From an uncultured Ignavibacteriales bacterium (GTDB taxonomy: Bacteria; Zixibacteria; MSB-5A5; GN15; JAAZOE01): a stretch of DNA of 64,000 nt. The notes below the pieces were generated by a model. That model did not search any database. It saw only the letters and a list, made by a program, of their open reading frames with translations, and was not told the origin of the DNA. Numbering within the stretch: the stretch's first letter is position 1; each line of letters opens with the position of its first letter. Location: NCBI GenBank assembly GCA_964523575.1, contig CAZGAV010000010.1, positions 5,466 through 69,465 of the forward strand, given 5' to 3'. The translations under genes and the position numbers were made by a program. Positions 1-6,678 of the stretch are shown here, in pieces.

Positions 1-27
1 CTTGCGAACACGCAATTGCCAGAAGAT

Positions 28-101
28 TGTCGCTCTACGGTTGTCGCATGCGTTGCAACATACTGTCGCACACCGCAACGCTATGCGACACTTTTGCGAC
101 A
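28..101. promoter_or_regulatory. Cluster of five TGTCGC(A)/TGCGACA motifs; candidate enhancer (UAS) for the downstream sigma-54 promoter
   Basis: TGTCGC at 28-33, TGTCGCA at 42-48 and 64-70, and inverted TGCGACA at 84-90 and 95-101 (the last two form a direct repeat with a 4-nt spacer). The cluster lies roughly 180-260 bp upstream of the -24/-12 element at 278-293, the usual distance for enhancer-binding-protein sites. The binding protein is unknown. Confidence 0.35.
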
Positions 102-277
102 CCTCATTATGTCCATAGATTAGGTGAAAAGCTTTTTGAAATCAGCCGCTGAAAAATCTAAGGAAGATAAAAAGCAAATCTTTCTCATATCACCGGGGGA
201 ACAGGCTTGTGCCTCTTTATTCTAGCAGTATGAAAGGCCAGCTGGAATCGGTCTAATTTGCTCATTGGCAGACTATT

Positions 278-293
278 TGGCATAACACTTGCA
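278..293 (+). promoter_or_regulatory. sigma-54 (RpoN) -24/-12 promoter
   Basis: TGGCATaacacTTGCA matches consensus TGGCAC-N5-TTGCW with a single mismatch (T for C at the end of the -24 hexamer). GG and GC are correctly spaced. It sits 26 bp upstream of ATG 319, and a sigma-54 activator gene lies in the same cluster. Confidence 0.6.
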
Positions 294-318
294 AAGAGAA
301 CGCTCAGAGGTCATAACC

Positions 319-1305
319 ATGAGATATGCGATACCGATATCGAACAGGCGTATAGCGCCGCGATGCACCTTTGCGGAATCACTCCTCCTGCTTGTGGTTT
401 CGCAAAACCGGATCAAATCGCAACAAACGTACAATATGGCCGGCTATGGATTGCTCTCGTTGGCTAAGGCTCTGGCAGAGAACAGGATCGACACGCTTAT
501 CTGCGGTGGAATAAGCCGGGAGAACAGAGCCTACCTCGAGCTGCAAAATATCGATATTATCGACAATGTTGCCTCGACGGTAGATGATATAATCGAGAGC
601 CTGCGGAACGGATTGCTGCATCCGGGATACGGGCTTGGCGGACGTCAGGTGAAATCAACCGTCGGCGATACGAAGGCCGCACTCGCGGCTGGACAAGTTG
701 ACCTGATAGATTGTCTCGCATGTCAAAATCGTGTGTGCCTTCGCGGACAGAACTGCCTTGATTCCAGGCTCGATTTTCCGAAACCGGCGAAAGAAGACCG
801 CCGCATCTGCGAGGCGTCGATGGATATCGCCTGCGAGCGCGAACGAACTCTCTGCCGCCTTTCGGAATTGGTCTATTTCTGTCTCGAGATGAAGTACCGG
901 AAAATCGGTATTGCATTCTGTATCGATTTACTCGAGCCGACTGAAATACTGGTCCGTGTCCTGAGGCGATTTTTTGAAGTTGCACCTGTTTCATGCAAGG
1001 TCGGAGGAATACATCTCGCCGACCCGTATGGCTCCGAATCGTCCGTCGACAAGACGGGGGAAGATCGGTACGATGTCGCCTGTAATCCAATCGGACAGGC
1101 GGAGATTCTCAACCATATGCATACTGACCTGAATGTCATTATCGGTATTTGTATGGGTGCCGATTGTGTCTTCAGCCGATATAGTCAGGCACCGGTGACA
1201 ACTCTTTTTGTGAAGGACAAGTCGCTGGCCAATAATCCCATCGGAGCAGTGTATTCCGATTATTACCTTAAGGAGGCGGCGAGCGCTTCCGTGCAGCGAA
1301 CATGA
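319..1305 (+). CDS. NifX/NifB-C-like FeMo-cluster-binding-fold domain fused to a DUF1847-like Cys-rich metal-binding domain
   Basis: ORF 289-1305 trimmed to ATG 319, which has AGAGG upstream; earlier codons would overlap the -24/-12 promoter. The N-terminal ~105 aa (MRYAIPIS...DTLICGGISRENRAYLELQNIDII) resemble the dinitrogenase FeMo-cofactor-binding fold. The C-terminal part has Cys clusters (DCLACQNRVCLRGQNC, CNPIGQA, ICMGADC) like DUF1847. Families recalled from motifs, not searched. Confidence 0.55.
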   Translation: MRYAIPISNRRIAPRCTFAESLLLLVVSQNRIKSQQTYNMAGYGLLSLAKALAENRIDTLICGGISRENRAYLELQNIDIIDNVASTVDDIIESLRNGLLHPGYGLGGRQVKSTVGDTKAALAAGQVDLIDCLACQNRVCLRGQNCLDSRLDFPKPAKEDRRICEASMDIACERERTLCRLSELVYFCLEMKYRKIGIAFCIDLLEPTEILVRVLRRFFEVAPVSCKVGGIHLADPYGSESSVDKTGEDRYDVACNPIGQAEILNHMHTDLNVIIGICMGADCVFSRYSQAPVTTLFVKDKSLANNPIGAVYSDYYLKEAASASVQRT

Positions 1306-1366
1306 ACTGCGACCGAATTGTCATTGAAGGCGGTTGCTCGAAAAAGTCAACAATAAGGAGGAGACT

Positions 1367-1903
1367 ATGGCCATACCGACTCTCAATGCCGTCGGATTCT
1401 GCGCCCATTATTCTGAACCGGGTGATTGGGCCTTCGATTTTGCCCTGAATGTTTCAAGAGAACATTCGCTGAAGCTGAATGTATTTCATTTTCTCGAAGA
1501 TCCCTATGGCATAACGCCTGATCTGGCCAAAGGCCTCAACCGAGAGGAACGGTCGAAACTGGCGGTCAAGCTGGAAAAGGAACTGAGATTGTATTACGAT
1601 CAACGGGCCGGCGATTATCTTGATGTTGGATTTCGCCTGTGCGAAGACGCCGAATGGACGGAATTGCACCGATGCCTGGTGGTACGCGAGTTCCAGATCC
1701 TCGTGCTGGGATACCCACACCCGATGGCGACCTTCGGCGGTCAGCGTATCGACGAATTCGCAAAGTCCTTTATTTCGCCGGTTGTTCTCGTCGGACCCGA
1801 TCATCCTCTTCAATTCCGGCTTAACAGCCGCGCGGCCATGATTGTCGACAAACTCGGCCTCCATGAAAGCGGCTGGACACTGATCAATAAAGTCTCCGCC
1901 TGA
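1367..1903 (+). CDS. Hypothetical protein, divergent universal-stress-protein-like fold
   Basis: ORF 1334-1903 trimmed to ATG 1367, which follows a strong RBS (AAGGAGGAGACT). The pattern LNVFHFLED ... QILVLGYPHP ... FISPVVLVGP resembles the USP beta-strand/ATP-loop layout. Assignment is weak. Confidence 0.45.
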   Translation: MAIPTLNAVGFCAHYSEPGDWAFDFALNVSREHSLKLNVFHFLEDPYGITPDLAKGLNREERSKLAVKLEKELRLYYDQRAGDYLDVGFRLCEDAEWTELHRCLVVREFQILVLGYPHPMATFGGQRIDEFAKSFISPVVLVGPDHPLQFRLNSRAAMIVDKLGLHESGWTLINKVSA

Positions 1904-2043
1904 AGTCAACTACCGGCCGTCGGACATGGGGAACTCAGCTGACCGGGTTCGTATGATGAGAATTAATTTTCAATCGGGGGTTGTATTTGCAGACTGATCT
2001 TGCATATTATAGGGAAGAATTGACGGACTGGCAGGTACGAGAG

Positions 2044-3354
2044 ATGGAAAAAAAGCTCAGCCAGCTCATTTTCAACAGCATCAGTGACGGTGTTTTCACG
2101 GTCGATCGGAATTGTATTATCATGTCATTCAATAAATCGGCCGAGAAAATCACCGGTTTTATGGCGTCGGAGGCTGTTGGAAAACATTGTTTCGATATTT
2201 TCCGCACCGACCTTTGTCACCGGCAGTGCGCATTAAAGGATACCCTCAAGACTCATAATCAGATCCAGAACGCACGCGTGAAGATCATTACGCGGGACGG
2301 CCGGGAATTGCCGATCAGCGTGACGACGACTATGCTCAAAGACGACCAGGGCGAGATTATCGGCGCCGTCGAATTCTTCCGCGACCTGTCGGAAGTTGAG
2401 CATTTGCGCAAAACCCTCGATCAGAAGCGGGCCCTCGAGGATATCGTCAGTGTCAACCCGAAGATGCATGACTTGATAAATCTGCTGCCCGATGTCGCGG
2501 AATCCGAATGCAGCGTTCTCATCGAAGGTCCCAGCGGCTCCGGCAAGGAGCTTTTCGCTCAGGTTATTCATAACCTCAGTCCGCGTCGGTATGGCCCCTA
2601 TATCAAGATAAATTGCGCCGCACTGCCGGCCAGTCTTCTCGAATCGGAACTGTTCGGCTACGAAAAAGGCGCTTTTACCGATGCCAAGCGCGACAAGCCG
2701 GGGCAATTCAGCCTGGCCAACGGTGGCACCCTCCTGCTCGATGAAATCAGCGAGATGGATATTTCCCTGCAGGTCAAGCTGCTCCGCGTCCTCAATAATG
2801 GCGAATATCGGCCGCTGGGATCGACCAGGACATTTCACACCGATGCACGTATCATCGCCGCCACTAATGCGGATATGGGCGATTTTATCGCTGAGGGGAA
2901 ATTTCGGGAAGATCTTTACTACCGGATAAACGTGGTCAACGTAGCCATTCCTCCATTGCGCGAGCGGCCCGAGGACATTCCGCTTCTCGTGGATCATTTT
3001 CTGGAGGTGTACCGCAAGAAAAGTCACAAAACGATCGAACGGATTTCGCCCAAAGCGTTGTCCGTATTGCGCCGGCATTCATTCCCTGGTAACGTTCGAG
3101 AACTGGAAAACGCGGTCGAACACGCATTTGTCATGTGTCACGGCAACGAGATTCAGGTCGATCATCTTCCCCCGCATATTATAGCGGAGAGTATCCCCGG
3201 CCAGATAACAGCGTCGCGGGAGACCGGTGAGAAGGAGATCATTCAGGAAGCACTGCAGAGATATAACGGCAACAGGTCCCGTGCAGCGATCGAACTGGGT
3301 ATGCATCGATCGACGCTATGGCGGAAAATAAAAACGCTTGGGATAAAAATCTGA
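2044..3354 (+). CDS. sigma-54-dependent transcriptional activator (PAS sensor - AAA+ - Fis-type HTH)
   Basis: PAS region (LIFNSISDGVFTVD...ITGF), Walker A GPSGSGKE, GAFTGA-loop variant YEKGAFTDA, Walker B LLLDEI, and C-terminal HTH SRAAIELGMHRSTLWRKIK. The start is uncertain: ATG 2044 is preferred over TTG 1981, which abuts its putative RBS. Confidence 0.9.
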   Translation: MEKKLSQLIFNSISDGVFTVDRNCIIMSFNKSAEKITGFMASEAVGKHCFDIFRTDLCHRQCALKDTLKTHNQIQNARVKIITRDGRELPISVTTTMLKDDQGEIIGAVEFFRDLSEVEHLRKTLDQKRALEDIVSVNPKMHDLINLLPDVAESECSVLIEGPSGSGKELFAQVIHNLSPRRYGPYIKINCAALPASLLESELFGYEKGAFTDAKRDKPGQFSLANGGTLLLDEISEMDISLQVKLLRVLNNGEYRPLGSTRTFHTDARIIAATNADMGDFIAEGKFREDLYYRINVVNVAIPPLRERPEDIPLLVDHFLEVYRKKSHKTIERISPKALSVLRRHSFPGNVRELENAVEHAFVMCHGNEIQVDHLPPHIIAESIPGQITASRETGEKEIIQEALQRYNGNRSRAAIELGMHRSTLWRKIKTLGIKI

Positions 3355-3394
3355 TTGCGCCGGGGTGCGATGATTACCCGGTTGTGATAATCGT

Positions 3395-3418
3395 CTCGTG
3401 GACTCCACCACGAGTTTT
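3395..3418 (+). terminator. Rho-independent terminator candidate after the activator gene
   Basis: Stem CTCGTGG (3395-3401) / CCACGAG (3408-3414), 6-nt loop, then TTTT (3415-3418). It lies 41 bp after the stop at 3354. Confidence 0.5.
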
Positions 3419-3562
3419 CGGTCAGTTGCGTAAAAGATTGACTGAATATCTTTATAAGTGGCATGATAGAGCATGCAGCGATGCTCCGGCAACGCAATGC
3501 CGGGTTACCGTTTCCCTAAAAGTTCCTTGTCATTTGTGTCATATTTGTGCCCTCTCGCCAAT

Positions 3563-3598
3563 AAACCAGCTGCAAACAGACAAAACCAGCTGCAAACA
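3563..3598 (+). repeat. 16-bp direct repeat AAACCAGCTGCAAACA x2 (20-bp period)
   Basis: Identical copies at 3563-3578 and 3583-3598 in non-coding DNA. Confidence 0.6.
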
Positions 3599-3747
3599 AA
3601 CAAAAAATGGAAATCCCTTGTCCTGTTTTGACTTAAATGCTAATTGACGCCATTTCAATAGGTTACGAAAATCTCTTCCGGAGAATCCCAGCCTCTCCGC
3701 CAGTATCAGAAGATACTTTTTGGCTGTCGCGGGGGCAGAGGCCCCTC

Positions 3748-3820
3748 TTCTGCTGTCGCGTGGATGACCGGAGTTCCTACTTCAAAAGTAAAGTTCTATA
3801 ATTGTCCCAGCTTGCCCGCT
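3748..3820 (+). repeat. 73-bp perfect direct repeat, copy 1
   Basis: TTCTGCTGTCGCGTGGATGACCGGAGTTCCTACTTCAAAAGTAAAGTTCTATAATTGTCCCAGCTTGCCCGCT is identical to 3926-3998. Confidence 0.9.
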
Positions 3821-3925
3821 GCCAGAAGGCAGTTTTCGGCTGTCGCCATTATGACCTGACTATAATCCCAGAGTAACGAGAGTTCTATACTTGTCCCATC
3901 TTCCCCGACACGAATCCATCGTGTT

Positions 3926-3998
3926 TTCTGCTGTCGCGTGGATGACCGGAGTTCCTACTTCAAAAGTAAAGTTCTATAATTGTCCCAGCTTGCCCGCT
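3926..3998 (+). repeat. 73-bp perfect direct repeat, copy 2
   Basis: Identical to 3748-3820; the copies are offset by 178 bp. Confidence 0.9.
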
Positions 3999-4040
3999 CT
4001 TAGAATCACTTGTGAGCGTAGCGAATTAGTGATTCTTAGA
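3998..4040. other. Long imperfect hairpin at the boundary between the repeat array and the GIY-YIG unit
   Basis: Left arm TCTTAGAATCACT (3998-4010) pairs with right arm AGTGATTCTTAGA (4028-4040): 9 bp, one mismatch, then 3 bp, with a 17-nt loop. It lies immediately 5' of the sequence shared by both GIY-YIG copies (CCCTGAGCTTTAGCGA, 4041-4056). Confidence 0.6.
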
Positions 4041-4083
4041 CCCTGAGCTTTAGCGAAGGGCTGATTCTGTCGGGATTGCACTC

Positions 4084-4368
4084 ATGTGGTACATATATAT
4101 CCTGGAATGCCGTGACGGTTCCTATTACACCGGTGTCGCCAAAGACGTAAGAGCGCGGCTGAATAAGCATAATCCCGGCAAGGGCGCGAAATATACGCGG
4201 ATGAAGCGCCCGTGCACCATCATTTATGTCGAGGAACATCCGGATGAAAGCTCGGCACGCCGTCGTGAAATGGAGATCAAGGGCTGGCGGCGCGATAAGA
4301 AAGAAGGATTAATCCGTGGGTTTCCTTCGTCGGCCCTGGATGACCTCCTCAGGATCTCCGGGCAATAG
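4084..4368 (+). CDS. Small GIY-YIG nuclease superfamily protein (UPF0213/YhbQ-like), copy 1
   Basis: 94 aa. MWYIYILECRDGSYYTGVAKDVRARLNKHN...YTR...EIKGWRRDKK carries the GIY-YIG core (YIY...YYTG, R..RL..H, E..IK). 83 of 94 residues are identical to the ORF at 10345-10629. Confidence 0.9.
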   Translation: MWYIYILECRDGSYYTGVAKDVRARLNKHNPGKGAKYTRMKRPCTIIYVEEHPDESSARRREMEIKGWRRDKKEGLIRGFPSSALDDLLRISGQ

Positions 4369-4610
4369 CCCTCCGACGAATCCTACCTCCTCCGCCAGTA
4401 TCGGAAGATACTCTTTGGCTGTCGCGGGGGCAGGGCCCCTTTTCTGCTGTCGCATGGATGATCTCACAATATTCCCAGAGTAACCAAAGTTCGAAACTTG
4501 TCCCAGCCTCCCCGCTGCCAGAAGGCAGTTTTTGGCTGTCGCCATTATGACCTGACTATAATCCCAGAGTAACCAGAGTTCGATATTTGTCCCAGCTTTC
4601 TCCGCCACAT
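4369..4610 (+). repeat. Modular non-coding repeat array B (homologous to array A)
   Basis: Hairpins at 4398-4413 (AGTATC-GGAA-GATACT), ~4427-4439 (GGGGC...GCCCC) and 4516-4527 (TGCC-AGAA-GGCA). Each is followed by a T-run and CTGTCGC (4419-4425, 4447-4453, 4536-4542). The ~59-bp block 4536-4595 is near-identical to 3840-3898. Confidence 0.7.
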
Positions 4611-4646
4611 CATTTTCTAAGGCCACTCTTGACAAAAAAGGTCGCT

Positions 4647-4670
4647 GGACCAATTTAATATGTGGTACAT
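4647..4670 (+). other. Remnant of a GIY-YIG 5' end (GGACCAAT...ATGTGGTACAT) at the left edge of the cassette
   Basis: ATGTGGTACAT at 4660-4670 is identical to the first 11 nt of both GIY-YIG genes (4084-4094, 10345-10355). GGACCAAT at 4647-4654 recurs at 10321-10328, upstream of copy 2. After the 11-mer the reading frame diverges (MWYMSRRQ...). Confidence 0.4.
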
Positions 4671-4772
4671 GAGCCGGCGGCAGACCCGGCTGCGCAACTA
4701 TCTTGCGCCGCGCATCTTCAGCATCATGAATGCCACTCAACGGAAGGCGTCAATAATCTCGATATAAAATCA

Positions 4773-4801
4773 TTGACGTCGGCAATGCCTTTTTGTATAT
4801 T
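4773..4801 (+). promoter_or_regulatory. sigma-70-type promoter for the two-gene cassette
   Basis: -35 TTGACG (4773-4778), 17-nt spacer, -10 TATATT (4796-4801). It lies ~50 bp upstream of ATG 4854, which has an AGGTGA RBS. Confidence 0.55.
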
Positions 4802-4853
4802 ACTCTCAGGGAATAAAATCTCTTCAGGCATTTTCAACGTGGCAGGTGAAATC

Positions 4854-6665
4854 ATGTATAAAAATTCTTATTGGAAGAATAGGGGTAATCCGTGGGAATA
4901 TGATTCGGGTCCTCCGAAAAATCTATGTTGGCCGAGGTTATTTTCGGAGACGCCCAATTATCGCCGGCTTTCTCTGACGGCATTAGGCAGCGAGAAATTC
5001 AGGTGGCATTTCGGCCCGATGTATTTCCGCGGTCGAACGGGGGCCGGCAGAGTTAAAATTGTCATCATCGGTCAAGAAGGCGCGCAGGATGAGTGTCTTG
5101 CACACAGAGCATTTGTTGGCAGCACGGGAAGCAGGCTACAATATCTTCTTAATTTCATGGGGTTGGATTATTCCTATCTTTTCGTAAACACCTTCGTGTA
5201 CCCAATATACGGCCAATACGCCAGTTACTTCAAATGGCTGGCGCAAAATCTGGAGTCGCCGATTGTCCAGCATCGGCATGATATATTCAATTACATTCTG
5301 AAGAAAAACGATGTCCGGTTGGTTGTTGCGGTCGGGAAAGCCGCTGGAGAGTCGGTTATAACATGGGTAGAAAGCCGCGGCGGAACAGGCCCGGATGGTA
5401 CGGGTGATCTTTCAACCTGCAGCGGAAGTTTCCTCGATCCCAAGACCAGGATTGTCGGGGTTCGTCATCCGGGAGGGGCCAAAATCCCCGGAGAAATCGC
5501 CGAAATAAAACAGAGCTTTCAAGACGCCATAGACAAAATTAATACCTGGATTAAGCAAGATTCGGCCTGGTTGCCCCCCGACCCCGGAATGACAAGAGAT
5601 TTGAGTCTCCCATATTCATTCGGTAAAGCCGCCATTCCTTTTCGAGATTTGCCTTTTGGTATAACCTGGAGATTGGGAAAAGGCAGCACAACGAGTAACA
5701 GAAAGGATTCTCAACGATCGATACAATTGTTTTCGGCCAGCGGCAAATATAATAATTCTGGGGATAAAATCGTATACGCCGATTCAGCCCCCGGGACTGC
5801 GGAGGGGTATTCCGAAAAACCCGGTGATGTACCGTACGAACCGCAGGTTGCCGATTACAGGGATTACGATAAGGGGCCCGGCCTGTCGTTTGCACGCTTG
5901 TTCATGGGCGGCAAAAAGGATCTTGCCTGGCCGGATTTTTCGACCTTGGGAGTAAAATCTGACATATCGCTGGGCTATGGCCCGATTTATAGAGGTCGGC
6001 CAGGTAAAGCGACATTTCTCATCCTGGCAGATCAGCAATCTCATGATGATCTTTTTACCGGACGGGCCCTAACCGGTGAGTCCGGGCAGAGATTCCAGGC
6101 GTTTCTGAAAGCGATGGGTATTACCAGATCATATTGTATTCTGCGTATTTTGCCGGTGGACATGTTGGATCTCACTCCAGCCAAACGAAAATCCATAGTC
6201 ACCAATACGGAGATAGTAAAAATCTATGACGCCTTTCTTGACAAGATACTGGCCAAGAAGAAAACCAAATTGATATTAACTTTGGGTGAAATGTCGGCGA
6301 CATTGATTCAAAAATTGCAGACAGCGCCGATAGACGTCATAAATCTCCGCTCATGGCTTCAATCAGGGGCCCTGAGTGACTGGCAGAGTGCCATAAATAG
6401 CATCAAGACAAAGTCATATCCCAAAGATATTACCAATCCGTCATTTACATATAATGGCGGACGATGGCAAATACCAGGCTATGATTTGCCCTACGGGACA
6501 TTGAAATGGCTGGGCAGTTCGGGAGATCGGGCGCGAAGAGCCAAGGATAGTGCCGGGCAATGGTCAGCAGGATATTATAAACTATTCATGCCTCAATGGG
6601 CTTTCTCTCTGGCTCCTCCGCCGCTGTCCAATAGTGAGGCAAATTCCATAGCCAAGCATCCATAG
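4854..6665 (+). CDS. Protein with two tandem uracil-DNA-glycosylase-superfamily-like domains (function unknown)
   Basis: ORF 4662-6665 trimmed to ATG 4854 (AGGTGA 7 nt upstream; earlier codons overlap the promoter). Domain 1: VKIVIIGQEGAQDE..AFVGSTGSRL..LFVNTFVYP...VGVRHPGG mirrors UDG motif A (GxxPG..E...PFvG.aG), the N/F-containing strand and motif B (HPS). Domain 2: FLILADQQSHDDLFTGRALTGESGQRF...YCILRILP is a degenerate second copy. Fold call from motifs only. Confidence 0.55.
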   Translation: MYKNSYWKNRGNPWEYDSGPPKNLCWPRLFSETPNYRRLSLTALGSEKFRWHFGPMYFRGRTGAGRVKIVIIGQEGAQDECLAHRAFVGSTGSRLQYLLNFMGLDYSYLFVNTFVYPIYGQYASYFKWLAQNLESPIVQHRHDIFNYILKKNDVRLVVAVGKAAGESVITWVESRGGTGPDGTGDLSTCSGSFLDPKTRIVGVRHPGGAKIPGEIAEIKQSFQDAIDKINTWIKQDSAWLPPDPGMTRDLSLPYSFGKAAIPFRDLPFGITWRLGKGSTTSNRKDSQRSIQLFSASGKYNNSGDKIVYADSAPGTAEGYSEKPGDVPYEPQVADYRDYDKGPGLSFARLFMGGKKDLAWPDFSTLGVKSDISLGYGPIYRGRPGKATFLILADQQSHDDLFTGRALTGESGQRFQAFLKAMGITRSYCILRILPVDMLDLTPAKRKSIVTNTEIVKIYDAFLDKILAKKKTKLILTLGEMSATLIQKLQTAPIDVINLRSWLQSGALSDWQSAINSIKTKSYPKDITNPSFTYNGGRWQIPGYDLPYGTLKWLGSSGDRARRAKDSAGQWSAGYYKLFMPQWAFSLAPPPLSNSEANSIAKHP

Positions 6666-6678
6666 GAGGTACGCGCAA

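Larger units (their letters stand above)
3680..4040 (+). repeat. Modular non-coding repeat array A (hairpin / T-run / CTGTCGC modules plus conserved AGTTCnAnAnTTGTCCCA blocks)
   Basis: Four small hairpins at 3702-3717, 3732-3745, 3820-3831 and 3908-3924. Each is followed by a T-rich run and CTGTCGC (3724-3730, 3753-3759, 3840-3846, 3931-3937). TTGTCCCA blocks occur at 3802, 3891 and 3980. No ORF. Confidence 0.7.

Noticed and set aside
3318-3647. 109-aa plus-strand ORF overlapping the 3' end of the activator gene and running through its terminator and the 16-bp repeats
   Set aside because: It has no RBS, spans a terminator hairpin and repeat DNA, and its sequence is not protein-like.
3680-4610. 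The repeat array considered as a CRISPR array or as integron attC sites
   Set aside because: Module spacing is irregular (about 23-90 bp) and the conserved parts are not a single fixed-length repeat. No cas genes or leader are present. No integrase or cassette ORFs are present, and the hairpins (about 12-17 nt) are far shorter than attC sites.
4662-4853. GTG-initiated N-terminal extension of the UDG-fold ORF (64 extra codons)
   Set aside because: The extension overlaps the GIY-YIG remnant and the near-consensus promoter at 4773-4801. ATG 4854 has a good AGGTGA RBS.
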